Below the pieces are notes generated by a model, which saw only the letters and a list, made by a program, of their open reading frames with translations, was not told where the DNA came from and searched no databases. A stretch of 64,000 nucleotides of DNA, taken from positions 48,383-112,382 of the forward strand of contig MWMJ01000001.1 in NCBI GenBank assembly GCA_002151525.1. The letters run 5' to 3'. The DNA comes from Synechococcus sp. Lanier (GTDB lineage: Bacteria; Cyanobacteriota; Cyanobacteriia; PCC-6307; Cyanobiaceae). Made by a program: the position numbers and the translations under genes. Shown here piece after piece: positions 18,220 to 29,789 of the stretch (positions are counted from its first letter, which is position 1; every line of letters begins with the position of its first letter).

Positions 18220-20717
18220 GTTCAAATCCCTTGAGGGTTGATCCGTTTCCTCCAGAATTGGACCAATGGTTCTCTCGTTTGCAATTAAGTTTAGCTATCG
18301 AAGCGGATAATAGCTTTTCAAATGTAATTGGAAAACATTCAAGATTCAATCAATTTATTGAATTATCCTGCCGAAAACCTCCCCATAGCCTATCAACCAA
18401 ACAGCTCCAAGAGTTAGATAAATTTGCGAAATTATATTCTAAATATGATGTATTACAGGTTGAGCAAAGAAAGAGAATAGTAATTGATTTGCGTCGACAT
18501 TTATATCAATTACGTAAATCACTTGAACCCAAGCAACCCCCTATCGCCCCTAGATTAGCGCTTGCGCCAATTGAACGGTCAGCAAATATTAATTCAGCTA
18601 AAAATACTAAACTTGAACTTGAAACCCCATTGGCTCAGATTGATGCTATTGGGGCTAAATTAGCAGGCCAGCTTGCTAAAATAAATCTATTTCTTGTTAA
18701 GGATTTAATTTTTTATTATCCCAGGGACTACGTTGATTATTCCCAATTAATGTCAATAAATTCTCTTCAGGCCGGAACTACCGCCACAGTGGTGGCAACA
18801 ATTAAACGCTGCCATGCATTTGTAAGCCCTAAAAATGCAAACCTAGCAATTATTGATTTACAGCTGCAGGATCAAAGTGGGAGGTTAAAAGTAAGCAAAT
18901 TTATGGCCGGACGCCGATTTACAAATTCCGCCTGGTTGCATCAACAAATGCGAATGTATCCAGTGGGGGCAAAATTAGCTGCGAGTGGCCTTGTTAAGGA
19001 AAGTAGATTTGGCTTGAGTTTACAAGATCCCCTGCTTGAGGTTTTAGAATCTCCCAATTCACAGCTTCAATCTCGCCAGATTGGTAGATTGCTACCTGTT
19101 TACTCCCTTGGCGAGGGTTTGATTGCTGAACGATTGCGGGATGCTATTAATATAATATTGCCTGTAATAAATAAAATCAAGGATCCACTGCCATGCCACT
19201 GGCGTGAAACACTAAAACTAATTGATTTAAGCAAGGCACTTGAGCAAATTCATCAACCGGATTCTCGCGATCTATTGGATGCAAGTAGACGTCGCCTAGT
19301 ATTTGATGAATTTTTATTGTTGCAATTAGCCCTTGGCCGGCGTCGTATCCAGCTGCGCCAAAAAAACGCACCGGTATTAGAGGCTGATACAAAAGGAGTG
19401 CGATTAAAAGATTTTCAAAAGCTTTTGCCCTTTCAATTCACTGAAGCTCAAGCTCGGGTTCTTCAGGAGATCAGAGTTGATATGGCAAAGCGCCAGCCGA
19501 TGGCCCGCCTATTGCAGGGGGATGTGGGCAGTGGCAAAACCGTAGTGGCAGTGGCAGCTATTCTCTGTGCCATTGATGCTGGCCATCAGGGGGCCTTGAT
19601 GGCACCAACTGAAGTTCTCGCTCAACAACACTATGAAAAACTCTGCAGTTGGATGCCCCAATTACATGTAACGGTTGGATTGCTCACAGGATCTACGCCT
19701 GCACCGAGAAGGCGAGCCCTTTTACAAGATCTTGCAAATGGACAATTGCAATTCTTAGTTGGCACCCATGCGTTGATTGAAGATCCCGTTGGCTTCGCAA
19801 GTTTAGGCCTGGTGGTTGTTGATGAACAGCATCGCTTTGGTGTGGCCCAACGCAATAAACTTTTAAACAAAGGTATGCAACCTCATTTGCTTACAATGAC
19901 AGCCACCCCAATCCCCCGAACCCTTGCTTTGAGTGTGCATGGAGATCTTGATGTAAGTCAGATTGACGGACTGCCACCAGGTCGTAAACCAATCCACACC
20001 CAAGTAATAAATAATCAGGAACGCCATGTTGCTGAGCAAATTATCAGGGATCAAGTTTCTGCCGGCCATCAAGCCTATGTGGTGCTTCCATTGGTTGATG
20101 AATCAGAAAAAATTGATCTGCGATCTGCGGTTGAGGAACATCAGCGATTGGCAATTGAAGTATTTCCTGATTTAAAACTAGGACTATTGCATGGCAGGAT
20201 GAGCAGCGCCGATAAAAAGGCCGCAATTGATGAATTTGCCAGTGGTTTAAGCCAGGTATTGATTTCAACAACAGTTGTTGAGGTTGGAGTGGATGTACCA
20301 AATGCTACCGTTATTGTTATTGAACATGCAGAGCGGTTTGGCTTAGCTCAAATGCATCAATTACGGGGCAGGGTTGGCAGGGGTGCTGCAGCATCCCATT
20401 GCATTTTGATCAACAACAGCAATTCAGCCGTAGCTAAACAGCGCCTTGATGTTTTGGCCCGTAGTTTGGATGGTTTTGAAATTGCTGAGGTTGACCTTCG
20501 CTTGCGGGGGCCAGGCCAGGTGCTAGGCACCCAACAATCAGGCTTGCCCGATCTTGCCTTAGCAAGCCTGAGCGATGATGGCAGTGTGCTGGAAGAGGCC
20601 CGAGATGTGGCAAATGCAATCTTGGCTGAGGATCCTCTCCTAAGCCAACATCAAGAGTTGGCAGCGGCCCTAGCTTTGCAAAAGCTCAAATTTGCTAACG
20701 CCGCCGCATTAAATTAA
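18192..20717 (+). CDS. recG: ATP-dependent DNA helicase RecG
   Basis: RLLQGDVGSGKT, MAPTEVLA, DEQHRFGV, MTATPIPRTL, HQLRGRVGRG, DLRLRGPG. Confidence 0.97.
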   Translation: MDGRQPTKLGSNPLRVDPFPPELDQWFSRLQLSLAIEADNSFSNVIGKHSRFNQFIELSCRKPPHSLSTKQLQELDKFAKLYSKYDVLQVEQRKRIVIDLRRHLYQLRKSLEPKQPPIAPRLALAPIERSANINSAKNTKLELETPLAQIDAIGAKLAGQLAKINLFLVKDLIFYYPRDYVDYSQLMSINSLQAGTTATVVATIKRCHAFVSPKNANLAIIDLQLQDQSGRLKVSKFMAGRRFTNSAWLHQQMRMYPVGAKLAASGLVKESRFGLSLQDPLLEVLESPNSQLQSRQIGRLLPVYSLGEGLIAERLRDAINIILPVINKIKDPLPCHWRETLKLIDLSKALEQIHQPDSRDLLDASRRRLVFDEFLLLQLALGRRRIQLRQKNAPVLEADTKGVRLKDFQKLLPFQFTEAQARVLQEIRVDMAKRQPMARLLQGDVGSGKTVVAVAAILCAIDAGHQGALMAPTEVLAQQHYEKLCSWMPQLHVTVGLLTGSTPAPRRRALLQDLANGQLQFLVGTHALIEDPVGFASLGLVVVDEQHRFGVAQRNKLLNKGMQPHLLTMTATPIPRTLALSVHGDLDVSQIDGLPPGRKPIHTQVINNQERHVAEQIIRDQVSAGHQAYVVLPLVDESEKIDLRSAVEEHQRLAIEVFPDLKLGLLHGRMSSADKKAAIDEFASGLSQVLISTTVVEVGVDVPNATVIVIEHAERFGLAQMHQLRGRVGRGAAASHCILINNSNSAVAKQRLDVLARSLDGFEIAEVDLRLRGPGQVLGTQQSGLPDLALASLSDDGSVLEEARDVANAILAEDPLLSQHQELAAALALQKLKFANAAALN

Positions 20718-20730
20718 TTTTTTTAGGCCA

Positions 20731-21369
20731 ATGCAGCGACCCTGGCAAACAATAGCGATCCGCGATTGCGGCGAACCGCTAGTTTCACTTCCATCAAGTT
20801 TATTTTGTTGGAAGCCTCATCCCTATGCCGTTTTGGGTGCCCCATATCCAGCGGGAACAAACCCTTTTCAACTTAGACAGGCGGTACTGCTGCGTTTACT
20901 CAAAGCGCAAAAGCTTCTGCCCTGCAGGCTTTTGATTTTTGATGCTTGGCGACCTATTGCTGTGCAGAAATACATGGTGGAGTGGAGTCTTGCTCAGCCG
21001 GGTGCAGATCCAGCCGCAGTAAATGCCCTTTGGGCACCACCAAGTACTAACCCGCTTACACCTCCACCCCACAGCACAGGTTCAGCTGTTGATCTGTGTT
21101 TAGCAGGGCCTGATGCTGAACCATTGGATATGGGCGGTCCGATCGATTCCACTGGTGCCATTGCAGAACCAAACCATTTTTGCTCCGCTGCTGCTGGCAC
21201 AAAGGAATATCAATGGCACAGCAATCGTCAACTATTAGCTGAGGCAATGGCAAGGGTTGGTTTTTGCCAACACCCCCACGAATGGTGGCATTTCAGCTAT
21301 GGCGATCAGATGTGGGCCTGGCAATGCGGCAAGCCTGTGGCCCTCTATGCCACAGCCCCTTGCCCTTGA
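20731..21369 (+). CDS. D-alanyl-D-alanine dipeptidase (M15D, VanX/DdpX-like)
   Basis: LLIFDAWRP, PPHSTGSAVDL, LDMG, EWWHFSYGD. Confidence 0.88.
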   Translation: MQRPWQTIAIRDCGEPLVSLPSSLFCWKPHPYAVLGAPYPAGTNPFQLRQAVLLRLLKAQKLLPCRLLIFDAWRPIAVQKYMVEWSLAQPGADPAAVNALWAPPSTNPLTPPPHSTGSAVDLCLAGPDAEPLDMGGPIDSTGAIAEPNHFCSAAAGTKEYQWHSNRQLLAEAMARVGFCQHPHEWWHFSYGDQMWAWQCGKPVALYATAPCP

Positions 21370-23147
21370 AGCAAATTACGGAGTAAATCTGGATCCAATG
21401 AGTTGCAATAGTCTCCAAAACTATGCCTAATTCCGTTATCGCGCCAATGGCGCATCAACGGTAAGAGTGTTGTTTCTAATTGATCTAGGGGTAGTTTTTC
21501 TAGAATTGGTTTTGCCAATCTGGTGAGACCAGGGTTACCACCAAGCCAAAGCTGATATTGATTAACAGCACTACCAACAAGAGCAAGTTCCGCCATATAA
21601 GGCCGAGCGCAACCATTGGGACAACCTGTCATGCGCACTAAAATTGGAGTGTTGATTGCTTCAGCCTTGAGTAGGGCTTCTAGCCGCGCCAATACATCTG
21701 GTAAAACCCGTTCCGATTCAGTTATGGCAAGTCCACAGGTTGGTAATGCCGGGCAGGCAATGGCGTGGCGGGCGAGCAAGCTTGTTTCGCTTGGATCGGC
21801 CCACCCGAGAGCTGCCAATTCCTCAGCAACTTCCTGGCGTTGATTTCGGCCAATGTTGCAAAGCAATAAATCTTGATTTGCTGTGAGCCTAATTTCAGGT
21901 TGATAACGTTCAACGAGGCTTCTCAAGCCGAGCTTGCGTTCGCCATCGAGGCGGCCACAAAGAAGCGGCAAGCCAACAAACCAGCGCCCATCGCCCTGTT
22001 GATGCCAGCCTAAATAATCTTCAAGAACTGGCTTTGGTTCTTTTAATGCTGCGCTAACGCCGGCGGGAAAATATTTATCTAACTCTTGGCGAAACCAATC
22101 AATACCGCGATCATGAATCAAATATTTCATACGGCCATGGCGCCGTTGTTCACGATCGCCATTATCTCTTTGTAGAGCAACAACGGCTTGAACTAAATCA
22201 AGTATTTTCGAACCTTTTACGTATCCCAAACAATCGGCGGTGCGAGCGAAGGTTTCCTCCTTGTTATGGGTTCTGCCCATGCCCCCACCTACGTAAACAT
22301 TACAGCCCCGCAATTTTCCTGCCATGTCGGTAAAAGCAACCAAGCCGAGATCCTGAGTTAACAGATCGATCGAATTGTCTCCTGGCACTGTTACGCCAAC
22401 TTTGAACTTACGGGGCATGTAGGTGGAGCCGTAAAGCGGTTCAGCTGGATCGCCACTGCTGAGGTTGGCATCCTGCTGACGTTTGCGCACCTTGCTGCAG
22501 GCGATTGAAGGCCGAATTTTGTAGCGTTTTTCTCCGTCTACCCAAAGCTCCAAGTAGGCACCTGCAGCTGCTTTTGGGGCCAGCAGATCTGCGATGTCAT
22601 CAGCTAAACGCCTGGCCACTGGGTAACCCAAACCCTCATAGGGAGCTGCCGGCGCCATCACATTCCGATTGATATCACCACAGGCTGCAAGGGTTGAACC
22701 CAAGTTTTTAACGATGGTTGAAAGCACCGTGCGCAGATCCTGCTTGGGAATGCCATGGAGCTGAAAAGCCTGACGGGTAGTTACACGCATGCTGCCGTTG
22801 CCAAACCTATTAGCTAGCTCGTCCAAGGCAATGAATAGCTGGGCAGGCACCCTGCCTCCTGGGCTGCGCAGGCGAAGCATCATGCCCCAATCCTTTGCCT
22901 GTCCTTTTAAACGGTTATCACGGTTGTCTTGCTGGTATGAGCCGTGGAATTTAAGGATCTGAACAGCGCCTTCGGTGAAGAAAGGCAAATCATTTTTCAA
23001 TTCGCTCGCTAGGGGCTCGCGCAGATAATTGCTGCTGGTCTTCAACTGCTCGAATTTGCTGGGTTCCTTAGAAGCCAAATGATTTGAGGCAATGGTCACA
23101 GGCTGGCAGAGGCTCCTGATCAAGGTCTTACTAAGGACCATAATCAA
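21345..23147 (-). CDS. sir: Ferredoxin-sulfite reductase
   Basis: LKFHGSYQQDNRD, TTRQAFQLHG, ACGDINRNV, PRKFK, ACPALPTCGLA, RMTGCPNGCARPY. True start is probably slightly downstream of 23147. Confidence 0.95.
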   Translation of the reverse strand: MIMVLSKTLIRSLCQPVTIASNHLASKEPSKFEQLKTSSNYLREPLASELKNDLPFFTEGAVQILKFHGSYQQDNRDNRLKGQAKDWGMMLRLRSPGGRVPAQLFIALDELANRFGNGSMRVTTRQAFQLHGIPKQDLRTVLSTIVKNLGSTLAACGDINRNVMAPAAPYEGLGYPVARRLADDIADLLAPKAAAGAYLELWVDGEKRYKIRPSIACSKVRKRQQDANLSSGDPAEPLYGSTYMPRKFKVGVTVPGDNSIDLLTQDLGLVAFTDMAGKLRGCNVYVGGGMGRTHNKEETFARTADCLGYVKGSKILDLVQAVVALQRDNGDREQRRHGRMKYLIHDRGIDWFRQELDKYFPAGVSAALKEPKPVLEDYLGWHQQGDGRWFVGLPLLCGRLDGERKLGLRSLVERYQPEIRLTANQDLLLCNIGRNQRQEVAEELAALGWADPSETSLLARHAIACPALPTCGLAITESERVLPDVLARLEALLKAEAINTPILVRMTGCPNGCARPYMAELALVGSAVNQYQLWLGGNPGLTRLAKPILEKLPLDQLETTLLPLMRHWRDNGIRHSFGDYCNSLDPDLLRNLLQGQGAVA

Positions 23148-23186
23148 TCGGGCTCGATCAATTCATAAAGTTGAGCCAGAAGCCGA

Positions 23187-25358
23187 TTGAAGTTGTCCAC
23201 TTTTCTGCTTGAAATCGGCACAGAGGAACTGCCCGCTGATTTCGCCCGGTTAGCCATTCCCCAGCTACTGCAGCTGGTTCAAGCGGAACTGAAGGAGCAC
23301 CGCCTAGGCCATGGCGCAATCCACGGCACCAGCAGCCCAAGGCGCTTAGCTGTATGGGTTGAGGAACTTGAACTACAAGGCCCGGAACGGATTGAGGAGC
23401 GCAAGGGACCACCGGCAAATCAAGCCTTTAGCAACGGCGTACCAACAGAAGCGGCCCTTGGCTTTGCCAGGCGTTGCGGTTTGGGCGCCGATGCCCTCGA
23501 GATGAGAGAAACAACAAAGGGGCCTTTTGTTTTTGCAAAAGTTGTTGAACCTGGCAGCTCTAGTGAATTAGTGCTGATTCGTGCAATTCCAATTTGGATT
23601 GCAGCGCTGCAAGGAAAACGATTTATGCGTTGGGGAAGTGGCGAAAACCGTTTTTCCAGGCCTGTGCGCTGGTTGGTGGCAATGCTTGATAGCAAGATTC
23701 TTGATGTGGTTCTTGAGGGATCAGACCCCGTTGTAAAAGCTGGCAACAGGAGCCGAGGCCACCGTTTGTTCAGCCAGGAGGTGCTGATTAACAAAGCATC
23801 TGATTATCAGCAGCAGATGGACGCTGCTGGAATTGTTGTTAATCGAGCTACCCGGGCTGCCTTGATAAAAAACGCTGTTGCTGAAGCAGCTAGCTCATTG
23901 CAAGCAAGGCCAGATTTACCTAATGAATTGTTAGAAGAGCTTACTGATTTAGTGGAGGCACCCTTATTAATTAAAGGGTTAATACCAAACCACTTCTTGA
24001 AATTGCCAGCAGAAGTATTGAGTACGGTAATGCGGAACCACCAGCGTTATATTCCCTTATATTTAAAAGATATAGAGCTCGATCCCTTGGATCTAAGCGC
24101 AAGTAATTATTTATTGCCAACATTTATTTGCATCAGCAATGCATTACAATCCGCCGTAAGCCAAGTGAAACATGGCAATGAAAAGGTATTGAAGGCTCGC
24201 TTGGCCGACGCTGAATTTTTTATTAATGCAGATTGTTCCACAACATGTAGTGAACGCCGAAATCAACTGGCGAGAGTTGGGTTTGCCGATGGCCTTGGCA
24301 ACTTGCTCAACCGCACGGAAAGGCTTGAATGGTGCGTGGGGCAACTTACTCAGCTAATTACGAATATTTCTAAATCCGATACAGAGCATGCCCTAAGGGC
24401 GGCTCATTTTTGTAAAAATGATTTAGTTAGTCAAATAGTTGCTGAATTTCCAGAGCTACAGGGGTTGATGGGATCAAAGTATTTATTTGCAGAAGGTGAA
24501 TCAAAAAATGTTGCCCTTGCGGTATACGAGCATTATTTACCAAGGGGGGCTGACGACGAACTACCAAAAACAACAGCAGGTACAATATTAGCTTTAGCAG
24601 AGAGATTAGAACTTTTGCTGAGTATCTACGCAAAGGGTGAAAGACCAAGTGGTTCATCGGATCCCTATGGTTTACGCAGGGCCGGTAATGGAATTTTACT
24701 ATTACTTTGGAATAAAGGATGGTGTTTAGATTTAATTGAGATGCTGAAAATATTTAGCGGTAATTGGCAAAAATTATTTCCTGCCTTGGAAATTGATTCG
24801 GAATGCCTTGCGAAAGATCTCTCTGAGTTTTTCAAGCAGCGATTGTTAAGCATGCTTGCTGATCAGGGCTGCCCAGTGGATATTGCTCAAGCTGTGGCAG
24901 GAGTAAATGTTTCAAATGAACAGCTACTCAGGGATCCTGCAGATGCAAAGATAAGGTCTGAGTTGTTAATAAAAATGCGCAATGATGGAAGCTTGCTTCC
25001 GCTCCAACAGGTGGTGCAAAGGGCGGCAAAATTGGCTGTTAAAGCTGATCTTGGCCCCCTTGCCATCAGCCCGAAATCTGTTGTGGATAGCAATTTATTT
25101 GAAGCAACTAGTGAAAAGGAGATGTTTATAGTGTTAGAGCAACTAGAGAAGCTATGTCTAAGGGGCCCTGAATTTTATCCAGAGCTGGCAGAAATGCTAA
25201 CTTCTAGTTCAAGTATTTTAGCGGAGTTTTTTGATGGGGAACATAGTGTTATGGTCATGGTTGACAACCTTGAATTGCGCAAAAACAGATTGAATATGTT
25301 GGCCGTTCTTAAAAACCAGTCAAATGTATTGGCAGACTTCAGTAGTTTAAATGGTTAG
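23187..25358 (+). CDS. glyS: Glycine-tRNA ligase beta subunit
   Basis: FLLEIGTEELP, PRRLAV, MRWG-----FSRPVRW, EFPELQG-MG, SGSSDPYGLRR. Confidence 0.97.
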   Translation: MKLSTFLLEIGTEELPADFARLAIPQLLQLVQAELKEHRLGHGAIHGTSSPRRLAVWVEELELQGPERIEERKGPPANQAFSNGVPTEAALGFARRCGLGADALEMRETTKGPFVFAKVVEPGSSSELVLIRAIPIWIAALQGKRFMRWGSGENRFSRPVRWLVAMLDSKILDVVLEGSDPVVKAGNRSRGHRLFSQEVLINKASDYQQQMDAAGIVVNRATRAALIKNAVAEAASSLQARPDLPNELLEELTDLVEAPLLIKGLIPNHFLKLPAEVLSTVMRNHQRYIPLYLKDIELDPLDLSASNYLLPTFICISNALQSAVSQVKHGNEKVLKARLADAEFFINADCSTTCSERRNQLARVGFADGLGNLLNRTERLEWCVGQLTQLITNISKSDTEHALRAAHFCKNDLVSQIVAEFPELQGLMGSKYLFAEGESKNVALAVYEHYLPRGADDELPKTTAGTILALAERLELLLSIYAKGERPSGSSDPYGLRRAGNGILLLLWNKGWCLDLIEMLKIFSGNWQKLFPALEIDSECLAKDLSEFFKQRLLSMLADQGCPVDIAQAVAGVNVSNEQLLRDPADAKIRSELLIKMRNDGSLLPLQQVVQRAAKLAVKADLGPLAISPKSVVDSNLFEATSEKEMFIVLEQLEKLCLRGPEFYPELAEMLTSSSSILAEFFDGEHSVMVMVDNLELRKNRLNMLAVLKNQSNVLADFSSLNG

Positions 25359-26665
25359 CTTTTTATGCCACCTTTAATTGCTCCAGTGCGGAGCATTTCC
25401 GTGGCTTCAAGATCTGTCCGTACGGCGCTGTCCACAGGTAGATAAATGTTTGGGGCTAAGGCGTTACCCCGTAATACAGCGCCGATGGTTAAAAATGTCA
25501 ATTTTAACTGTTGCCAGGGATTCATCGTAACCACCCTTTTATATAGATAGCTATCAAAAGTTAGACGCTGTACATCTTTGTCATCACACATTTCAACAAA
25601 TGCCTCTCGAGCTGCGTCATTTCTATAAAATATATTTTGAAGTAATTCTAAAACCTTGTAGGTAGCTCCGTATTTACGGTCCCATTTCTTTAAGTACTGT
25701 TTTAAATCTTTCTCGGAGGGTATGCGGCTACCAGCAAGGGATGCATGAACAATTTCCTCAGCGCACATCCTGCCGCTTTTAGCTGCAAAATAAATTCCCT
25801 CTCCAGAGCTTTTGGTAACGTAACCAGCGGCATCACCTACTAGTGCCATGCGACCAACAACTCTACGGGGCCTTGGATGTTCGGGAATTGGGTGGGCTTC
25901 AACTTTAATAACTTCACCATTCAAAAGTCTTTTCTTTGCTCTTTCACGAATACCCCGTTGCAAACTTTTAATCAAGCTTTGATTCTGCTGCATAGTTCCT
26001 GTACCAACTGCAACGTGATCATATTTGGGGAATACCCAAGCATAAAAATCTGGGGAAACATCCGTTCCCACATACATTTCTGCCAAATTCTCATAATATT
26101 TCATTTCCTCAGCTGGTAATTTAATTCGTTCTTGGAAAGCAATCGCAACATTGTAATCGCCAGCATCCATTGCTTTAGCAACCCGGCTATTAGCCCCATC
26201 TGCACCAATGATTATATCCACATCAATTGTGCAAGCGGTACCAGTGGCATCGCCTTCGCTGTAGTCGGAATAGTGGAGTGTGTAGGGCCCTAAACGCTTA
26301 TCACCTGTATCAATTTTAGTTACTAGTCCATTGATTAGTTGAGCACCAAAACCAGCCGCTCTTTCGCGCAGATAGGCATCCATAACCTCTCTGCGGCACA
26401 TACCAATATACTCATCTTTATTATCTAGATTAATATCAACTTCACGGTTAGATGGTGAAATCATTTTCATATTGCGCACCTTTCGATCGATAATCGATTC
26501 GGGCAGGTCAAACTCCTCCACCATGCATAGGGGAATCGCACCACCGCATGGTTTCGCATTATTCAGTTTGCGCTCAAAGATCCAGGTTTTTATCCCTGCC
26601 TTAGCTAACACCTCTGCTGCACAGGAGCCACTGGGGCCGCCACCTACAACTGCAACTCGCACCAT
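25355..26665 (-). CDS. chlP: Geranylgeranyl reductase
   Basis: RVAVVGGGPSG, AKPCGGAIPLCM, VSPDFYAWVFPKYDHVAVGTG, GDAAGYVTKSSGEGIYFA. Confidence 0.97.
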   Translation of the reverse strand: MVRVAVVGGGPSGSCAAEVLAKAGIKTWIFERKLNNAKPCGGAIPLCMVEEFDLPESIIDRKVRNMKMISPSNREVDINLDNKDEYIGMCRREVMDAYLRERAAGFGAQLINGLVTKIDTGDKRLGPYTLHYSDYSEGDATGTACTIDVDIIIGADGANSRVAKAMDAGDYNVAIAFQERIKLPAEEMKYYENLAEMYVGTDVSPDFYAWVFPKYDHVAVGTGTMQQNQSLIKSLQRGIRERAKKRLLNGEVIKVEAHPIPEHPRPRRVVGRMALVGDAAGYVTKSSGEGIYFAAKSGRMCAEEIVHASLAGSRIPSEKDLKQYLKKWDRKYGATYKVLELLQNIFYRNDAAREAFVEMCDDKDVQRLTFDSYLYKRVVTMNPWQQLKLTFLTIGAVLRGNALAPNIYLPVDSAVRTDLEATEMLRTGAIKGGIKS

Positions 26666-26783
26666 TCCTAAAACCCGACAAGCGGGATTGATGTTCTTAA
26701 AAAGCTAACACTGCAGCAACTGGCACCGCTGGCTAAATCTGAGTTCAGAACTACGATCTTTGGGATTTCCTAAGCAAGGCGGA

Positions 26784-27512
26784 ATGCCACGCAGCCGAGA
26801 GGACGTTCCATTAGCGCGCAGAGTTGGTCGCCGCCCCAAAAACCGGGAGCTGCCCATTGGACCCGTTGTACTTAGTACGGCCCTTGCCCTTGGAACGGGT
26901 TTGGCGGTTTTATTTCTTGTGCAGGATCAACTGATGCAACGGTTTTGGGGGCCTCCCCCCGTGGCCGGCATCGATGTAAGGCCTGATCAATTCGGTCGCT
27001 TACTGGGCCATTTCCCCTATCCCCAGGCCTCCACCAGCGAGCTCGTGGAGGTTTCACCAGGCTTAGCTCTTCATGTTGAAGCTGCTAATGCCTATGAACA
27101 AATGCGAGCTGCGGCGGCGGCCGATGGCATTGAACTGCGCTTGATAAGTGGTTACAGATCCATTGATACGCAAAAACAACTGTTTTTTGATGTTAAATCG
27201 GAACGCAATCAAACCGCTGAGGCCAGGGCGAAGGTGAGTGCTCCACCCGGATATTCAGAGCACAGCACAGGTTTTGCCCTAGATCTTGGAGATGCAGAAA
27301 GCCCCCAGGCGAATTTGCAAGAAGATTTCGAAACTACCCCTGCCTTTTATTGGCTTCAAAGCAATGCCCATCGATTTCACTTTCAACTCTCCTTCCCAAG
27401 GGGAAATCGCCAAGGGGTTAGCTATGAACCATGGCATTGGCGCTTTGAAGGCTCTGCGCAAGCCTTGAGGCGTTTTGAGGCGGCCAAGCAATATGAACGG
27501 CGGGGGGTATAG
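26784..27512 (+). CDS. D-alanyl-D-alanine carboxypeptidase (M15B, VanY-like)
   Basis: TM anchor, SGYRS, SAPPGYSEHSTGFALD, YEPWHWRF. Confidence 0.9.
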   Translation: MPRSREDVPLARRVGRRPKNRELPIGPVVLSTALALGTGLAVLFLVQDQLMQRFWGPPPVAGIDVRPDQFGRLLGHFPYPQASTSELVEVSPGLALHVEAANAYEQMRAAAAADGIELRLISGYRSIDTQKQLFFDVKSERNQTAEARAKVSAPPGYSEHSTGFALDLGDAESPQANLQEDFETTPAFYWLQSNAHRFHFQLSFPRGNRQGVSYEPWHWRFEGSAQALRRFEAAKQYERRGV

Positions 27513-27572
27513 TCGCAACCGCCAAGCCCTGTCGCAAGCTGCGGCTGGTGATCCGTTAGAACCTTTTACCAG

Positions 27573-29381
27573 ATGAGCGCCAGCACCAAGCGCGCCGCGA
27601 TTCGCAATATTGCGATCATCGCCCACGTTGACCACGGCAAAACCACACTTGTGGACGCGCTCCTGAAGCAGTCCGGAACCTTCCGCGAGGGTGAATTTGT
27701 ACCAACCTGCGTGCTGGATTCAAACGACCTTGAACGGGAGAGGGGAATTACAATCCTTTCTAAGAACACTGCTGTTGATTACGACAACACCAGAATCAAT
27801 ATTGTTGATACCCCTGGCCACGCCGACTTTGGAGGTGAAGTTGAGCGGGTTCTTGGAATGGTTGATGGTTGTTTGCTGATCGTAGATGCAAACGAAGGTC
27901 CGATGCCTCAAACACGTTTTGTGCTTAAAAAAGCACTTGAAAAAGGTTTGAGGCCCATTGTATTTGTTAATAAGATTGATAGACCAAGGGCCGATCCAGA
28001 AATCGCTGTTAGCAAAGTACTTGATCTTTTTATCGAGCTGGGTGCCGATGATGATCAATGTGATTTTACCTATTTATTTGGTAGCGGACTAGGTGGGTTT
28101 GCCAAGCCTGATATGAATACCGAAAGCGAAAATATGGTGCCATTATTTGAAGCAATTCTCCGCCATGTTCCCCCTCCCGTTGGCGATCCTGAAAAACCGC
28201 TTCAGTTGCAGGTAACAACCCTGGATTATTCTGATTTCCTTGGCAGAATAATTATTGGTAAAATTCATAATGGCAGCATCAAAAATGGCCAAATAGCAGC
28301 TTTATTAAAAGATGATGGAACAACTAAAAAAGCTCGCATTAGCAAATTACTAGGTTTCCAAGGCTTGCAAAGAGTAGAAATTCAAGAGGCGTTTGCTGGC
28401 GATTTGGTTGCAATTTCTGGCTTTGACGAAGTAAATATCGGCGAAACAGTTGCCTGCCCAGACAATCCAGAAGCTCTACCATTGATCAAGGTGGATGAAC
28501 CCACCCTGCAGATGACATTCTGCGTAAATGATTCACCATTTGCTGGTAAAGAAGGCAAGTTTGTCACCAGTCGCCAGTTGCGAGATCGTCTCCAGAAAGA
28601 GCTGCTTACAAATGTGGCCCTAAGGGTTGAAGACACAGACTCTCCCGATCGCTTTTCTGTTTGTGGTAGAGGCGAATTACACCTAGGCATCTTGATTGAA
28701 ACGATGCGAAGGGAAGGCTACGAATTCCAGGTATCCCAACCTCAGGTGATATTCAGAACAATTGATGGCAGCCCATGCGAACCTTTTGAAACATTGGTGT
28801 TGGATATTCCTGAGGAGTCGGTGGGCAACTGTATTGAAAAACTTGGTGTACGCAAGGGTGAGATGCAAAATATGGAAACTGGCATAGACAACCGCACTCA
28901 ACTGGAATTTGTTGTTCCTTCAAGGGGTTTAATCGGTTTTCGCGGTGATTTTATCCGTGCTACAAGGGGTGAGGGAATCATGAGTCATTCCTTCCTTGAA
29001 TACCGCAAAATGCAGGGAGACCTAGATACTCGCCGTAACGGAGTATTGATTTCATTTGAAGAAGGAACTGCTACGTTTTATGCATTAAAAAGTGCCGAAG
29101 ACAGGGGGCAATTCTTTATTACTCCCGGCACTAAAGTTTACAAGGGAATGATTGTTGGTGAAAACAGTCGCCCCCAGGATCTGGAACTAAATATTTGTAA
29201 GGCAAAACAATTAACAAACATCAGATCTGCTGGTGCAGAGGAGCTTGACGCCCTACAAGCACCTATCCAGATGACCCTTGAGCGGGCTTTGGAGTACATC
29301 GGACCAGACGAAATGCTAGAGGTAACACCGGAATCAATCCGCTTGCGCAAATTACCATCTAAAAAAGGAGCAAAGCGCTAG
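27573..29381 (+). CDS. typA: Translational GTPase TypA/BipA
   Basis: [62 protein letters not shown]. Confidence 0.98.
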   Translation: MSASTKRAAIRNIAIIAHVDHGKTTLVDALLKQSGTFREGEFVPTCVLDSNDLERERGITILSKNTAVDYDNTRINIVDTPGHADFGGEVERVLGMVDGCLLIVDANEGPMPQTRFVLKKALEKGLRPIVFVNKIDRPRADPEIAVSKVLDLFIELGADDDQCDFTYLFGSGLGGFAKPDMNTESENMVPLFEAILRHVPPPVGDPEKPLQLQVTTLDYSDFLGRIIIGKIHNGSIKNGQIAALLKDDGTTKKARISKLLGFQGLQRVEIQEAFAGDLVAISGFDEVNIGETVACPDNPEALPLIKVDEPTLQMTFCVNDSPFAGKEGKFVTSRQLRDRLQKELLTNVALRVEDTDSPDRFSVCGRGELHLGILIETMRREGYEFQVSQPQVIFRTIDGSPCEPFETLVLDIPEESVGNCIEKLGVRKGEMQNMETGIDNRTQLEFVVPSRGLIGFRGDFIRATRGEGIMSHSFLEYRKMQGDLDTRRNGVLISFEEGTATFYALKSAEDRGQFFITPGTKVYKGMIVGENSRPQDLELNICKAKQLTNIRSAGAEELDALQAPIQMTLERALEYIGPDEMLEVTPESIRLRKLPSKKGAKR

Positions 29382-29386
29382 GCCCT

Positions 29387-29785
29387 GTGGATCCATTTTT
29401 AGATCCACGTTTCTATAGTGGCATTCAAAACTTTAATTCTGGGAACTTTTACGAAGCCCATGATTTATTTGAGGACCTGTGGCACGAGTGCGATGAGCCA
29501 AAGCGACGCTGGATTCATGGCATTGTTCAGATATCAGTAGCAATGCATCACCACTCCACGGGCAATTTAAATGGTTCCCTTCTTCTCTTGGCGGAGGGAA
29601 TGAGTCGCATGCGCAGGGCCCAAATATCTCCCATTGGTTTTAAGGAAGGCGAGTTTTTGGAGCCCTGCCTAGAAATTCTTAAATTGCTGCAAGCAAACAT
29701 GATTGATTCAAATCATTCCCCAAAAATGAAACCTGAAAAACATCAACAAGAGATATCTTTACCGCTAATTTTAATAGAGGTTTAG
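29387..29785 (+). CDS. DUF309 domain protein
   Basis: FN-G-FYEAHDLFEDLW...GIVQISVA-HH---GN--G. Confidence 0.85.
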   Translation: MDPFLDPRFYSGIQNFNSGNFYEAHDLFEDLWHECDEPKRRWIHGIVQISVAMHHHSTGNLNGSLLLLAEGMSRMRRAQISPIGFKEGEFLEPCLEILKLLQANMIDSNHSPKMKPEKHQQEISLPLILIEV

Positions 29786-29789
29786 AACC

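Noticed and set aside
20731-27512. VanX-like and VanY-like peptidases close together, suggesting a glycopeptide resistance cluster
   Set aside because: They are separated by sir, glyS and chlP, with no vanA/vanH/vanRS. Both families are ordinary peptidoglycan-turnover enzymes.
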